64,000 bases of DNA from Mobula hypostoma (Eukaryota). The notes below the pieces were generated by a model. That model was given only the letters and a program-made list of their open reading frames with translations. It made no database searches and was not told where the DNA came from. Numbering within the stretch: position 1 is the first letter of the stretch; each line of letters opens with the position of its first letter. Below are positions 11,321 through 24,278 of this stretch, in pieces. The DNA lies in NCBI RefSeq assembly GCF_963921235.1, contig NC_086108.1:77750001-77814000 (forward strand), written 5' to 3'. A program made the position numbers and the translations under genes.

Positions 11321-13419
11321 AAAGTATGGATTTTTGCAATTATTTATTTGTCTTGCTTTTCTTTTGTCTCTCTTCTTTTTTCCCCTCGTATTGCTTTGCT
11401 TTTATTCCACATCCCTTTCATTTAGCCACCTACCTGGCTCTTTCCACCCTGCACTAGTTTGGTAGCCAAACCTTGTAATCTTATTTCCAACTTGCAATTC
11501 TTGGAGAAAGCAGACTCTGACAATTGCTCTAAAAATGGGCATAAAATATAGTATTTCAATGGTCTGCAGATTAACGTGCTCGGAGAAAATAGATAAGGAA
11601 GGAGATCACAGATTTAGTTAGTCCAATGACTTTTTAAAACTGCCAATAATAAAATCTTTTGAGGACAAAATTGTAGTGCCTATTCAGAGCAATTTCCTGC
11701 ATGTGTAAACCTGCAGTTATCAACCATCACAGATACTATCATGTTATGACTCAGCCTATAAATCTCAAGCTGTGAATCGAGTATTTCACATGAAAGAGAT
11801 AGTGTTTGATTAATTAATTATTTCTCTGCATGTTTCCACTAATACAATTCCAACATCATAAATTCAGTTGCTTAAGTTTCAAACTGCAAGCAGTAAAACT
11901 GGTAAAATATATTTCTAGTTCATTTGACCTGCACAGAATGGAGGAAGAAATGAAGGGCCTGAGTACAATGGAATTCAAAGACGTAGCTCAGGACAAATAC
12001 GTATTTTTCCAACAACAACCAACACTGGCTTAGACTTCCTAATGGATCTTGTTCTGGCACCGATGAAGAGTCATTTTCTAGCACGAGTTGAATTCAGAAT
12101 GGAACAGGGCAAGATAAGAAAATGGCAGCTGAATTATAATTGTCCAATAGTATAATGCAATATAAAAGCATCTTATCACAAGGGTGCATCACTGAAAAAA
12201 CTGTATCACTCCAGCAAATAATGGCAATAATGCCAAGAAAACTCAATATGCCCGATAGCAGTCATGGAAGGAGAAATACCATTAAAGATTGCATTTAGGA
12301 ATAAAATAAGATACTGATGAAGTAGGCTACGGAGGAGAGTCAGGAGAAATCAGTGGGAAAATTCAACTTTGTTCCCCAAATACGAAGGAAAGTTTCACCC
12401 ACTGGTGGTCCCCATCTCTGCACATTCACTCTCACGGCAGAAATGTTATTGAAAAAAATATAAACAACAAATGGTTAGTAGTAATTATAATGCAAGAACA
12501 GAATTACTGTATGTTCCGACCTCTGAGTAATTTTTGCCAACATGCTTGGTGTGTCAATGAATTGATCTAACAGAGTTCTACTCTGAGTTTGTGCATTAGT
12601 ATACTGAGTTAAAACCTTATTATTATAGCTTGTATCTACCAGAGGTAGAAAAATTCATTCGATTGCTTAAATCTGCCATTTTGAAATCCGCAACTATTAC
12701 CTGAAGCATGAAGAAACCTCAGTTTTATAGGTTTGAGGTGAGTATCACACCGATTACCTTGTAAATGCCAAAGCACTCCATGTTATATCAAAACCGCAAT
12801 TAAACACATTCCTTCTCTGTAGTTACTCATCAATGACTCATTGCTTTGCATTCCTGCTTAAGAAGACCTGTAATCACTTTCCTTGCTGCTCATCTCGGAA
12901 ATTTCCAGAAATCTCCAACCCACACAGCTCTGACTATGCCTTTCGTACATCCCAAATATTTTATTAAGTTCATTTAACTTATTTTCTGTGACTTCAGAAA
13001 AGAAATCCATTCAGGCATTTTCAATACTCTCTGTTGGATGAAAAGACAATCAGAGAAGATCAGCTAACCTGCAAAAGTAAAGCTAGAGAAATTGATCTGT
13101 GACTATGTTTTAGAAATTTGATGAGGCTACCCAGCTTCATTCTTAAATAGCAGCAAGTGCTGGTTTTGCATCAGTTAGTTTGATGTTCTATCTGATATTT
13201 GTGCACACACCTTGTGCAATGATTATAGTGCTTAAAAAGCACTAATAATACAAATTTTCTCATGAAAACACAATAACAAAGAGTAATTCCACTAGTACAT
13301 AGCACTATATCAATGTAACTGGAACTGACTGAAGAAAACATTGTAACATTTAAAGGGGTAGTTCTTCCTTGCTGGAAACAATTCACTCTGACAAGACTGA
13401 GTCATACATGGATGGAGAT

Positions 13420-13625
13420 ATTCAGTTCTCTGATTCTGAAAATATTAGGTTAAGAGGTAGAAACCATAAGCCAAGTTTTACGTGTACAGTTACCCCTTTA
13501 GATCTATTATGAAGGGCCAGTGCAAGGAGGCTTCCAGGAAAGTGGATGTCTCGAGCACAACCGCAATGATCCAGTTCCAATGCCGGAAGAAATTTAATGA
13601 CCTCACACACAGTAAGAGTCAATGA
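13420..13625 (+). pseudogene. Degenerate Myb/SANT-like (trihelix) DNA-binding domain remnant, probably Harbinger-derived
   Basis: A + strand frame not listed in the ORF track reads ...QCKEASRKVDVSSTTAMIQFQCRKKFNDLTH (QCRKKFNDL at 13578-13604); an FSDSE-like motif lies upstream at ~13426. Confidence 0.5.
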
Positions 13626-13749
13626 TCACATCAAAAACCACTCACACATTGTTGCCTGCATCACAGCTCTCTCATTCACAAAACAATAATCTTTATCAAT
13701 TACCACTGACTGACTGATTGGTAGTGCATTGTATCAGGTAATCAGTGCA

Positions 13750-13960
13750 AGACAACTTGTGAGGTGGAAAAGACCCTACACCCTCTCGAACTCAGGAGTT
13801 CCGGTCCAGTGTATGAGTAGTCATCACAAAAGCGTCCTTTCTGGTCGCAGTGGATGACCATAACTTTTTCTGTGCCTTGTCATGCTCTTCGCTCTCAATG
13901 AAGTGTTGCAGAACTGACTTCCTAGCTGTTGGATTTTACTGTTGATATTATCCAGAGCTG
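13750..13960 (-). mobile_element. Short interspersed repeat, possibly an RTE-type 3' end
   Basis: Resembles recalled ray repeats ('gtgccttgtcatgctcttcgctctc', 'gcagtggatgacca'); no internal second copy to confirm. Confidence 0.3.
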
Positions 13961-14194
13961 ATCACCACTAATTAATATTTATATATGCTTTCCCACAGGC
14001 ACAGACAATCTACTTCTTGTGCTCTCACACCTATATTTTACAGAATACTCTGGGCTGTTCAACCACGGTTGCCACATCACATAGGCGCAGTCCTGCATAA
14101 TTGCAAATGCTCTTCACTTTCCTATTCATTTCCACAGTCAGTTAGCAACAGGTACTATCAAACGACAATCTCTCACTCAACGTCAGCAAGAACA

Positions 14195-15033
14195 AGGCAC
14201 TGATTATTGACATCAGGAGGTCCATGGGCCAGTCCTCACTCGGGGATCAGAGGTGGAGAAGGTCAGCAACTTTAAATTCCTTGATGTTATCATTTCAGAA
14301 GGCCTGTCCTGGTTCCAGTGTGTAAATGTCATTATGAAGAAAGCAAGGCAGCATCTCTACTTCCTTAGAAGTTTGTGAAGATTTAGCATGTCATCGGAAA
14401 CTTGGACAAACTTCCATAGATGTGTAATGGAGAGTATATTGACTGGTTGCATTACAGCCTGGTATGGAAACACCAAAGTGCTTGAGCAGAAAATCCTATG
14501 AAAAGTAGTGGATGCAACCCAGTTGATCACTGGTAAAGCCCCCCCCCCCCCCATTGAGCGCATCTACATGGAGCCCTGTTGCTGGGAAGCAGCTTCCATC
14601 ATCAAGGAGCCCCCACCATCCAGGCAATGCATTCTTCTTGCTGCTGCCATCAGGAAGAAGGTGCAGGAGCCTCAGGGTCCACACCACCAGGTTCAGGAAC
14701 TGTTATTACTCCTCAGTTATCAGGCTCTTGAATCAGATGGGATAAATTCACTCCGCCTCTATCACTAAATATTTCTCTGAACTTATGGACTCACTTTCAA
14801 GGGCTCTTTATCTCATGTTCTCAATATTTATTGTTTATTTGTTTTTATTATTATTATTATTTTGTATTTCACAGTTTTTTGTCTTTTGCACATTGGCTGG
14901 CTGTCTGTCCATCCCTTTAGGTACGGTCTTTCATTGATTCTATTGGGCTTCTTCGAATTACTGTGTATGCCCACAGGAAAATGTACATGGCGATATATAT
15001 GTACTTTGATGATAAATTTACTTTGAACTTTGA
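14195..15033 (+). mobile_element. Rex1/Babar LINE 3' fragment
   Basis: Frameshifted VSNFKFL..KKARQHLYFLR..ESILTGCITAWYGN..LLPSGRR..TTRFRN; 3' tail tttgaactttga. Confidence 0.85.
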
Positions 15034-15044
15034 AAAGTTAGCAG

Positions 15045-15660
15045 GCAGCAAGTACTTAGGCACGTAAAAGGCATATTGGTCTTCACTGCAAGGGGATTGC
15101 TGTTCAGAAGTAATGTTACAATTATGCAATCTTGGTGTGGCAACACTTAATGATCTGTGTACAGTCCTGATGCTCTTCTTTTTAAAAAGAATGTATTAGC
15201 ATTGAAGGCAGCTCAAAGGATATTCACTGGGCCAATTCCTAGGATGAAAAGTTAGTTGTGTTAAAGATGCCAAAAGTTTAGACTGTATTCTTTGGAATTA
15301 AATGAATACAATTGAATGATAAGGGTATGATAAGGTGGGCTTGAAACTTTTACACTAAAGGAACGGAACCAAATGAGGCTACAGTGATAAAATAAAGCAG
15401 CTGTAATTTAAAACTGAGGGATTTTCTTCCTCAGGGTGGTGAATCTCTATAAGTTTCTATTACAGAGGGTTGTGGAGGTTGCATTATTGGGGGTATTTAA
15501 AGAATAGGTAGATGTGTTTTTGAAAGATCATGGAACTGAGGGCTGTGGAAATGGCACAAAAGTGGAGTTGAGGCCTTCAACCAACATCATAATAGTAACC
15601 GAATAGGCTTCAGAAGGCCAAGTGCCCTGGTATTATCCCTATTTTTTTATGTTCTTGTAT
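15045..15660 (+). mobile_element. Old CR1 3' fragment
   Basis: Degenerate 'agggtggtgaatctct', 'gggtatttaaag...gtagat' and tail 'ttatgttctt'. Confidence 0.65.
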
Positions 15661-16784
15661 TCAATGCTTCTAGAATTATTGTCCTGGAGGAGAGAATGTT
15701 TTCAGTCATGATAGTCAGATATCACAGAAACAAATTCCATTGGTGGACAGGAAGATGATGATTTGTTCCTATCTGTTCCCCTTCACATCTCTTTTCCTCC
15801 CTGTCACAATTCTTTACACTTCTCATTTACACCTTGTGTACTGGAAATGAATCTTGAATCTTGAATCTTCTTCTAATTCGTGAAATGCGGATGCCTTCAA
15901 CATGCCTTGCCTTTCTAATTGTCCTTTTAGACACACTTGGGCGCCATTTCTCGCACACCTTTTAAACTCACTGGGTCTTGTTTCCCATGCTCCCTACAAA
16001 CTCACCTGGTTTACTGGAAAAGTTATTGTACAGCTGTGAAGCAACTAAAACAAGTAAATTAAAAGTGTGTTCATTGATTAATAGGAGTAATATCCAGTTT
16101 TCTGGAAAAATTGCCAGTAAGGAACCAATAAATTCTGGAGAGTGCTAGATAATGAGTTTTACTCCATATTACTAATATATCCACAAGTTATTAGAAACAT
16201 TGCGAAGGACACAAACTTTATTTACTCTGGTTATAAATTTTACATCAGCATTCATGTCCATATATTGAAGATCCCAATTTTTAAGTTAATGATTTGGCCT
16301 GTCATCTTGGCAAAATGCATTGTAGAATCTATTCATGGATTTTATTCCGCAACATTCAAGTCTTCTGTTAAGCAGTACATGGATGATGGCAGCTTGACTA
16401 GACGCCGTTCTGCCCAACGTTACTGATAATTTCTTTGAAATATGTGACGCCTCACTCAGTAATGATGGAGGAAGAATTGTCTTGTCTAGCTACTGAATTG
16501 TAATGTGGTCTTCTTTAAGGTGCACCCATGCAACCTGGGTATGCCACTCCCTGAGTCCGTTAGCTAACTGCTGTGGCTTTCTCAAAGCTAATTTTGTTAA
16601 GGCACCAGAGATTCTTCACTCTCTGAGACTTACAGCAAGGTTTGCAATTTGTAGTCTGTTATCTGCTTTCTTCACTTTCACTGAATGGTCTTTTCTTGCT
16701 TAGTCCGCTACTTGGGATAAAAATCTAGTTCTTTTTTTGGTTCGTGGGTTGAAAGGATTAGGGATACCTGTGTAAGTGCATAGG

Positions 16785-17026
16785 TGTGGTAAACCATGTA
16801 TATAGGTTGTAACTGAGTTACCTGTCTGGACCTGCCTGGACACGCCCCTGTGCTGACTGCTCCTGTGGCTCCTCCCACAGACCCCTGAATAAAGGCGATT
16901 GTGCCACTGCTCCTCCCTCAGCCCAGGACAGATACTCAGCATGGACGTGGGTCCATTTTACTGTTAATAAAAGCCTTTCAGTATTTACTCTACTTCCAGT
17001 CTTTTGGAGTAATTGATAGTGCATCA
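16785..17026 (+). mobile_element. Solo LTR, 242 bp, 5-bp TSD
   Basis: TG...CA termini, atagg duplicated at 16780-16784 and 17027-17031, AATAAA ~60 bp from the 3' end. Confidence 0.85.
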
Positions 17027-17391
17027 ATAGGGTTGAAATTATGCTCCTTCATCACAGTCCTGATAAACTTCATGCACTGGCCCACAATTGTACAACCAGG
17101 TATCTACTTGGGGTGTCCCTCATTACAGCAAATTTGGAAATTCCTACCATGTTGACCCTGACAGAGTTCATAAGAATGAGTGCCATTTTTTTAAAGAGAT
17201 ATCAAAGTATGGTTGTTAGCTGATTCCCTTTTGTTAGGTGCAAAATCTGATGTTAACTCTTCATAGATCAGGATCTTGATCCCAGTCAGCCTATCTTCTG
17301 GGTCAGTCTGTAAATTTTTGTACTTATGCTTATACTAAACGTACAAAGCATCACATTAAGGTCAAAATTACAAGAATACCTGACATAGACA

Positions 17392-17521
17392 ATGAAAAAA
17401 TCTGTGGACGCTGGAAATCCAAGCAACACACACAAATTCTGAAGGAGCTCAGCAGGCCAGGCATCATCTTTGGAAAAGAGTAAACAGTCAACATTTTGGG
17501 CTGAGACCCTTCAGCAGGACT
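17392..17521 (-). mobile_element. Penelope-like pseudo-LTR 3' end remnant
   Basis: Reverse complement resembles 30483-30612 (gtcctgctgaagggtctcagcccaaaatgttgactg...gatgcctggcctgctgag); hammerhead core degenerate. Confidence 0.75.
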
Positions 17522-19461
17522 TAGGCGACCTGGTGAATAGCTGACATGGTAAAGATTCACCTTTTTCCCCCAACCATCCTTTTGGAATCTAACTTTTGGC
17601 AGCCAACAGATTACCAATGAAGAGGGCACCTACACCAAGTTCAAAGCAAATCTCTGAGGGTCCAGGACTGTTTATTTTGGTAACCACAATGATGGGTCTG
17701 TAACACTGTGATACCTGACATCACTCCACCATCAGTTATGCAAAATATAACCTCACATCTGCCCTACCAATTCGTGATTATCAATCAGATGGTTTATAAA
17801 CTAGCATCTCAATAAGGTGTTTACCTTTTCCTCAATCACTGATAAGTTAGGCATCACACATTCAAAATTAAACTTCAGTATCAACGAGCAGAAGTGTTGT
17901 TAAGCTGACATCACCCAAAAACTGCATAAAATATGAATATTACAGAATAACATCAGTGAATTTGTTAAGAAGCATCCAGAGTAGTAGTTGAATCAGCAAG
18001 ACTATAGACCAAAGATGGGTAAGAGGGAAGAGTATAGGCAAGTACAATGGTAGGCCTGTTTCTATGCTGCATGTTTATATAACTCTGCACTTGAATAAGG
18101 CAATGAGTTTTATTTTGTTTGTAACTTGCAGGACATAGTTTTGAAAATATTATCAGTTTACACAATTCAGCTCACATTGGAATGCAACTACGTATTACCA
18201 TTTCTACACAGATAAAACACACCATCCAGTGGGTGAGTCTGCATAACGTAGTTAAATTACTCTTTGCTTTACACTGTATAGATGGAATGTAAATTTATGC
18301 AACAAGTACAAGATAAACAGCAAATCCAACCCAAAATGACAATGTTCTGTTCTTGACAACAAGAAAGCTGAAATGTTGTAGCCTAAGCACGTACTATGCA
18401 AAATACTCAGCAATGTCTCAATATTATCAACAGGACTCAACTCCAATTTTGACACTGCCCAAGCAGAACCCTCTGGGCTTTTCTTAAAAGCTAAAGGCAG
18501 AAAAAGCCCAAAGTGGTACATTGTTATTGTTTTCCCTAAGAAGCCAAACATAACTAAAGAAGATTGTTGTCAGTCACTGTCTCAGAATGCGCTTAGAACT
18601 AACTCCCAGACCCAGCTTACCTAAGGAATTGCATCAGGTGGAAGGTCTCTGAGCTGCCTGCCTTCCTTTGAATGAAGCTCTGGCCATGGCATTGCAGCTC
18701 TGCCTTGTGGTAGCCCTACGTGTTGATCATGTGATAACAAATGTGATATCCCCTCAGATGTCTCTACATTTCCTCTGTAATGGTCAGTAATTTGTAGTTG
18801 ACTTTTAGTCACAGTGAGCAAGTTGGTTGCCTAAACAATGGCTTTTCCCTGAGAGATGCAAGGTAAAATGTAAGCATAAGTTCATTCTATTTATGCAGTA
18901 CATGTGACCAGCTGAGAAATCAAATTAAATACACACAATAATACATACAAATACATCCCCGAAACAGGTTACAATGTTGATAGAAGATTGGAAAAAGTAA
19001 ATGATCAAAAAAACCTGTTACAAATCAAACTGTGATCATCCTTTCTGAACAGACAATTAACCTCACCTTCAATGAGACATGTGATTATCCAGAAAGGAAT
19101 ACAACAAGCAATTAAGAAGGAAAGGGGCACGTTGGCCTCCACTGTGAGAACTTTAGATGACTGGTCAGGTATTTTTGTTAATGGTGAAGGCTCAATTGAG
19201 AGATAGATATGAGCCTAGCTGTCTAGTTGCTCCTATGCCTATTCTTTTTCTGAATTTTCATGTTTGAATAATTCCCTTACTTTGATTATATTTTGTATTT
19301 GGGGTTATAACTCCTATATCTCTTTTTCTGGTATTTATAATTACTTTAAAATAATCTGTACCAAGAATTTGCACCTCTTATAATTGAGAAACAAGCCTTA
19401 ATTAGGGAATTGAGCTTTTGGTGCTCATGACATTACGTGACATTTTCTAATGCCACAAAGC

Positions 19462-19895
19462 TATAAAACCATAAGAAATAGTAACAGAACTAGGCCATTT
19501 GACCCATTGAGTCTGCTCCACTACTCCATCATGGCTGATTTATAATCCCCCTCAACCCCAGTATCCCAACTTCTCCCCCAACACCTTTGACGCCCAAGAA
19601 CCTAATAACCTCCACTTTAAATATTCCCAATGACTTGGCCTCCACAGCTGTCTGTGACAATGAATACTACAGAATTGCCATCATCTGGCTAAAGAAATTC
19701 TTCCTCATCTCTGTTCTGAAAGGATGTCTTTCTATTCTGAAGCTGTGCTTGCTGGTTCTGGACTCCCCCACTATTGGAAAAAACCTCACCATGACTACTT
19801 CCCATCTAGGCCTTTCAATATTCTGTATACCCCCTCATTCTCCTAAACTCCACTGAGTACAGGCCCAGAGCTACCAGATGCACCTCATATGTTAA
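19462..19895 (-). mobile_element. Old CR1 3' fragment
   Basis: Tail 'ccataagaaatag', 'aagaaattcttcctcatctctgttct', 'gagtacaggcccag'. Confidence 0.8.
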
Positions 19896-20203
19896 TACAT
19901 TTATTACCCTGACAAGCCAGGTTATGTGAGGTTAACAATTATGACTGGATCCTCTCATCACTTAAGCCACACACAATGTTACATTACAGGATTTAACAAT
20001 TCATCAAAGTTGCAATGCCTTGTAAAATCCTTTAATGTAATAACATACTCACCTACTCTTTCTCCATTTGATTCTATGTGCGAAACTTAAAATAAATACA
20101 GATTACAATATTCCTCCAATGTCTGTTTAACTTCTACAAATGAAACTTACTCGACTTTCTGTTGAGACTACTTGTTCGCTCAGTGTTAAAAGAAAGTATT
20201 TGT

Positions 20204-21133
20204 TTCAAAATGGCGCTAGCGAATAATGCAGCCAACATGCAAGATGCTGCCGACAGTTCATAAAATATGATTCTACTACTAAGCCGCGCTTCTTTGGAAC
20301 TTGTGATTTACAGTTTGATGTGTGTTTTTGAGCTGATTCTGCGATCTGGCACTTTGTTCTCTCTGAAGGGGTTCAGTGAGGTTGAACACGGATTGTGCAC
20401 CTGGAGGCCTGGAAGCATGCACGCAGGGTGCAAGCCCATGATCAATTCCATTGCTTCCCTCGAATTGAGGCATTGGGCAATACTGAAGTCAATGAAGATG
20501 AGACCGGTGGACGGGCGGGTGTTCGGCGCCATCTGCCTGTGCTTGACCAGTTTTCCTCTCTCATTCGCTAGCTGCTGTCGGTGGAAAGTGCAGGAGTCTT
20601 GGGTTCCTCGTTGCCAAGATTGATAGGCAAGGGTCACAGCTGTGGGCTTGTTTTGGGGACCTTAAGGTTTATGTTACTTGCGCTTCAGGATTTTGGTTAC
20701 TTTTTTATTGCTGTTTTTGAGTGGTTTGATCGAGGTGATCAGTGAGGACCGGGGCGCTTACGTGAAGACTTGTCTCGATGGTCTGCAGTCGGCCAGCGGC
20801 ACCGAACTGAAAATCTGCAGGTGTTGGAAATTCAAAGCAACACCCACAAAATGCTGGAGGAACTCAGCAGGTCAGGCAGCATCTATGCAGGCAAAGACGC
20901 AGTCTCAATGTTTCAGGATGAAGCCCTTCTTCAGGACTCCTGGCTTGATGCTGATGTTCACTCCCATTTCGTTGTTTGCACAATTTGTTCTTTTTTGATA
21001 TGTTGGGTGTTTGATGTTTTTTCTACGAATGGGTTCCACGGTGTTTCTTTGTTTCTGGCTGCCTGCAGGAGGGCAAATCTCAGATTGGTATTCTGTATAA
21101 GTACTTCGATAATAAATGTACTTTGAACTTTGA
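20204..21133 (+). mobile_element. Non-autonomous Rex1-tailed element carrying a Penelope pLTR-end insert (~20810-20940, -)
   Basis: Starts AAAATGGCG (20207-20215) with a CpG-containing 5' half and ends in the same (TTTGAAC) tail as the Rex1 at 15033; insert 'aaatctgcagg..caaaatgctggaggaactcagcagg..cccttcttcaggac'. Confidence 0.65.
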
Positions 21134-22199
21134 ATGTTGAACTCAGAGAATAGTCTTCTTCTATTCATTTATGGCAGTCTTCTGTACCTGCACACTTTTA
21201 ACATGAACTTCAACCACATTTTTTTTTACAATGAAATTCTTCTTCAGTTTTTTTTAAAAACTGTTAAAAATAACTAGATTGCACACTTCCATGCTGCCTG
21301 TGCATTTTCTCTGTGCTTGAAGCATCTGTTTGTCCCATTTTCAATCTAGGCAATGACATTGCTCCTTTCAAGTCCTCTCTGCATCATTGTCTATTCTTCC
21401 CATGTCGAATTCTCCTGTCTCACAATCCTGCTACTTTTTTTAATTGCAGCTTCCTGTGCACTTGATACACCCTTCTGTGATGTCCCAAACATTCTGTAAG
21501 TGCAATTCCCTAAACTGCAAAGTTGGAAGGTAAACAGTTTCAGCGTATCAAGATCTGGCTGCTTATCTAAGATTAACAATTAACAACCATGTGTACTTAT
21601 ATCACATGTATGATGATGTTATTATGTACTGTGCACACAAGACTTTTGGTATTTTTACATATTAATATACCACAAACTTGTTTCCAGAGGCATGTTATTC
21701 CCTGCAGGAAAATTAGGAAAATGCCAGCAGATCATTCATTTATCCATTCTCATCAGCTGACTGACTTGCCCAACCTCAATGGAAAATGACAGTCTATTCT
21801 TCACTTAATACTCACAGGAAAATCATAATATATAAAAGCAGGTTGATATTTGTTTATAAGCTATAGATGACAGCTGAAAGATGCTTGATGGTAAAATGTA
21901 GCTACCCTCCCGAAGCTTGCTCCTCAGTTCAATCCAATTTGCTTAAAACCTCCAAAGTCAGCTTGCCTGTGTGTAATATGAAGCAAATTGCACGGGTAAG
22001 AAAAAAATCTGGTTTACTTTAATTTTAATCTACTTTGTTTCATGTACAGTATCTTGAAGGGAAAGTTCATGGGTGAATTTAAGACATTTCCAAGCAGAAT
22101 GTGCTCTGGATAATTCCAGTGATGACAGAATCAGAGGTGAAATAGCTGAAGTAGATTTGAAAATTAGATGAAATGATATTAGGAGAGACAAATTTTTCA

Positions 22200-22670
22200 A
22201 AAATTCATTAGTTCCCCATCAATATCCATTCATTCCTTCCATTAACATGATGTCACCATCTTTCCCCTCCCCCTTCTGCATTTTAAAAGAATCACAACCT
22301 CACAACACCCTGATCCAAATCACAATTGCTCACAAATCCCCTACCTTGCCTTCCGATGTTACCTCCCCAAATACTGAACTTTCACCTTCTCTCTTCCCAC
22401 CTTACTGAACCTTGAATACCCTTTTCAGATTGGACAGTGATTTAAAAGCATTTTTTTCAGTTTTGTAAAGATCTATTTACTGTTCACAATGTGACCTCCT
22501 TTATATTTGTGGGGACCGCTGTATTAAGTCAGTAAATATAATGCCTAAGCTTCTGGTTACTTGTTATCTCAGTACTTGGTCCAACTGCCATTCTGATCTT
22601 AACACACTCACTGTGCAATGTTGGAGCGTGAGGAACAAACCATGCAAATTTTAAATCCTTGTTCAATTCA
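22200..22670 (+). mobile_element. Highly decayed Penelope-like fragment (GIY-YIG region)
   Basis: Degenerate similarity to 29670-30180: 'catctttcccctcccc', 'tgttcacaatgtgacctcctttatatt', 'cattctgatct', 'gaggaacaa'. Confidence 0.55.
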
Positions 22671-23286
22671 AGTAACTACAGGTCAAATATTTTTATTTCA
22701 TTTAAGGGAAAAGTTCTAGAAGCAGCAATTAGAGTGACACTAGATGTCACTTGCTATGTATTAATAAAAAGAAAGCCTGCATGAAATTATTAACTGCTAG
22801 AGATTGTTGATGGAGTAATAGAGAGGATCAAAGAGGGAATTGCAGTCGATGTGGTATATAGAGAGTTCCAATAGACATTTAATTATGTGCAATATAACAG
22901 GGTTATTATGAAGATTGAAGGCTATGGAATAAGTGGGGCTGTGGCAGTCCAGCAATATTTAAAATTTTCACAGGTACTGTATAAATAGAGTAGAGAGAAA
23001 CTGTTCGCATTGGCAGATTAATCAGGATCAAGTGACATAGAATGAAGATAACTGACAAAACAACCAGAAGTAACATAAGGTATGAACTACTATATTTATG
23101 TTGCGATATGAAATATAGGTCTGAAGTAATACTAGAAGTTGATTCAATTGTTGAATACAAAAACAGCTGGATAAATACCTAAAGAGAAAGATGTAGCAGG
23201 ACTATAGGAGAGGACAGGGAGTAAGGCAAACCAAATTGCTCCTATATAGAGTCAGTAAAAATTTTAATCTACGTTCCTTTGTACTG

Positions 23287-24278
23287 TGTCATGATCCGGA
23301 TCAGGTTCCCTTTAAATTTACTTTGTTTTTGTGTTACGATCCGGACCGTTGACTCCCTGTTTCTCTTTAATTCCCTGTTTTCCCGTGTCCCTCGGGCTTG
23401 GTGATTAAAGGCAATTTACTCTCGACTGAACCAACAGTTCATAAGTCTCCAGCCTTCAGCCGTTTGGTACGAGAGCATATGGAGCATTAACAAAGTCCCG
23501 AAGCTAGTGCAAGCCAATGTCACCTGGCCGGAGCCAGCTAAGTTTCTTGCTGGAGCAAGCCAAGTCTCCTCCCGAAGCAAGTGCCAACAAGCCGCCTTCC
23601 CTTGCCAGAGCGGATCCGTCAAAGTTAACCCGCCGGGGTGAGTCAAGAGCTCGCCGCTGCTTGGAGCGCACTTGTGCCCAGTTGTAGTACTGGCTATCGT
23701 TGTGTGGTCTCCGTATCCATGTCCTGTGTCTAAAAGGGATCCCGGCTCTGTATCCTAGAACAATCCTGTCCCTGTGTCAAGAAGAGTCCCGACTCCGTCC
23801 TGTGTCTAAGGAGGATTCCTGGCTCAGTGCTTTTTGTCCTGTGTCTGAGTCTGTCCAATGAATAAGAAGAGAACCGACTCCGTCCTGTGTCTAAGGAGGA
23901 GTCCCAGCTCAGTCTTCTATGTCCTGTGTCTGAGTTCCAGGTCCTGGCTCCAAGGTTCAAGCATCAAGTCCTGGCTCTGAGGTTCAAGTATCAAGTCCTA
24001 GCTCCGGGGTCCAAGTACCAAGTCCCAAGCGCTGAGGTTTCAAGTATTAAGTCCCGGCTCCGATGTCCGAGCTCCGAGTCCTGGCTCCGAGGTCTGTGCT
24101 CTGAGTTCTAGCCCAGACCCTTAGTCCCAGCCTAGTCCAGGGCCTGTCCTTGTCCTTTACGCTTATTCCCACTTCCGCTTTGCTCTTCTTGTAATGAGTA
24201 ATAAACTCAATTTAGTTAACCCTATAAAATGTGCTTGTGTCCTGCATTTGGGTCCGCCCCAGTGCCCCCATTATGACG
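23287..24278 (+). mobile_element. Solo LTR (~990 bp, Gypsy-like) with internal tandem repeats
   Basis: Starts TGTCATGA, ends TTATGACG; tactg (or gtactg) duplicated at 23282-23286 and 24279-24283; AATAAA at ~24200; 'gtcctgtgtct' units at 23720-23930 and 'gtcctggctc..aggttcaag' units at 23940-24100. Confidence 0.85.

Noticed and set aside
11909..12078. Possible minus-strand coding exon (ENDSSSVPEQDPLGSLSQCWLLLEKY...)
   Set aside because: Open frame and plausible acceptor, but weak donor (gtcaaa), no recognised homology and no partner exons.
16142..16740. Processed pseudogene or exon cluster
   Set aside because: Several short open frames on both strands, none recognisable.
23720..24100. CRISPR-like repeat array
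   Set aside because: Degenerate tandem units without unique spacers, inside an LTR, in eukaryotic DNA with no cas genes.
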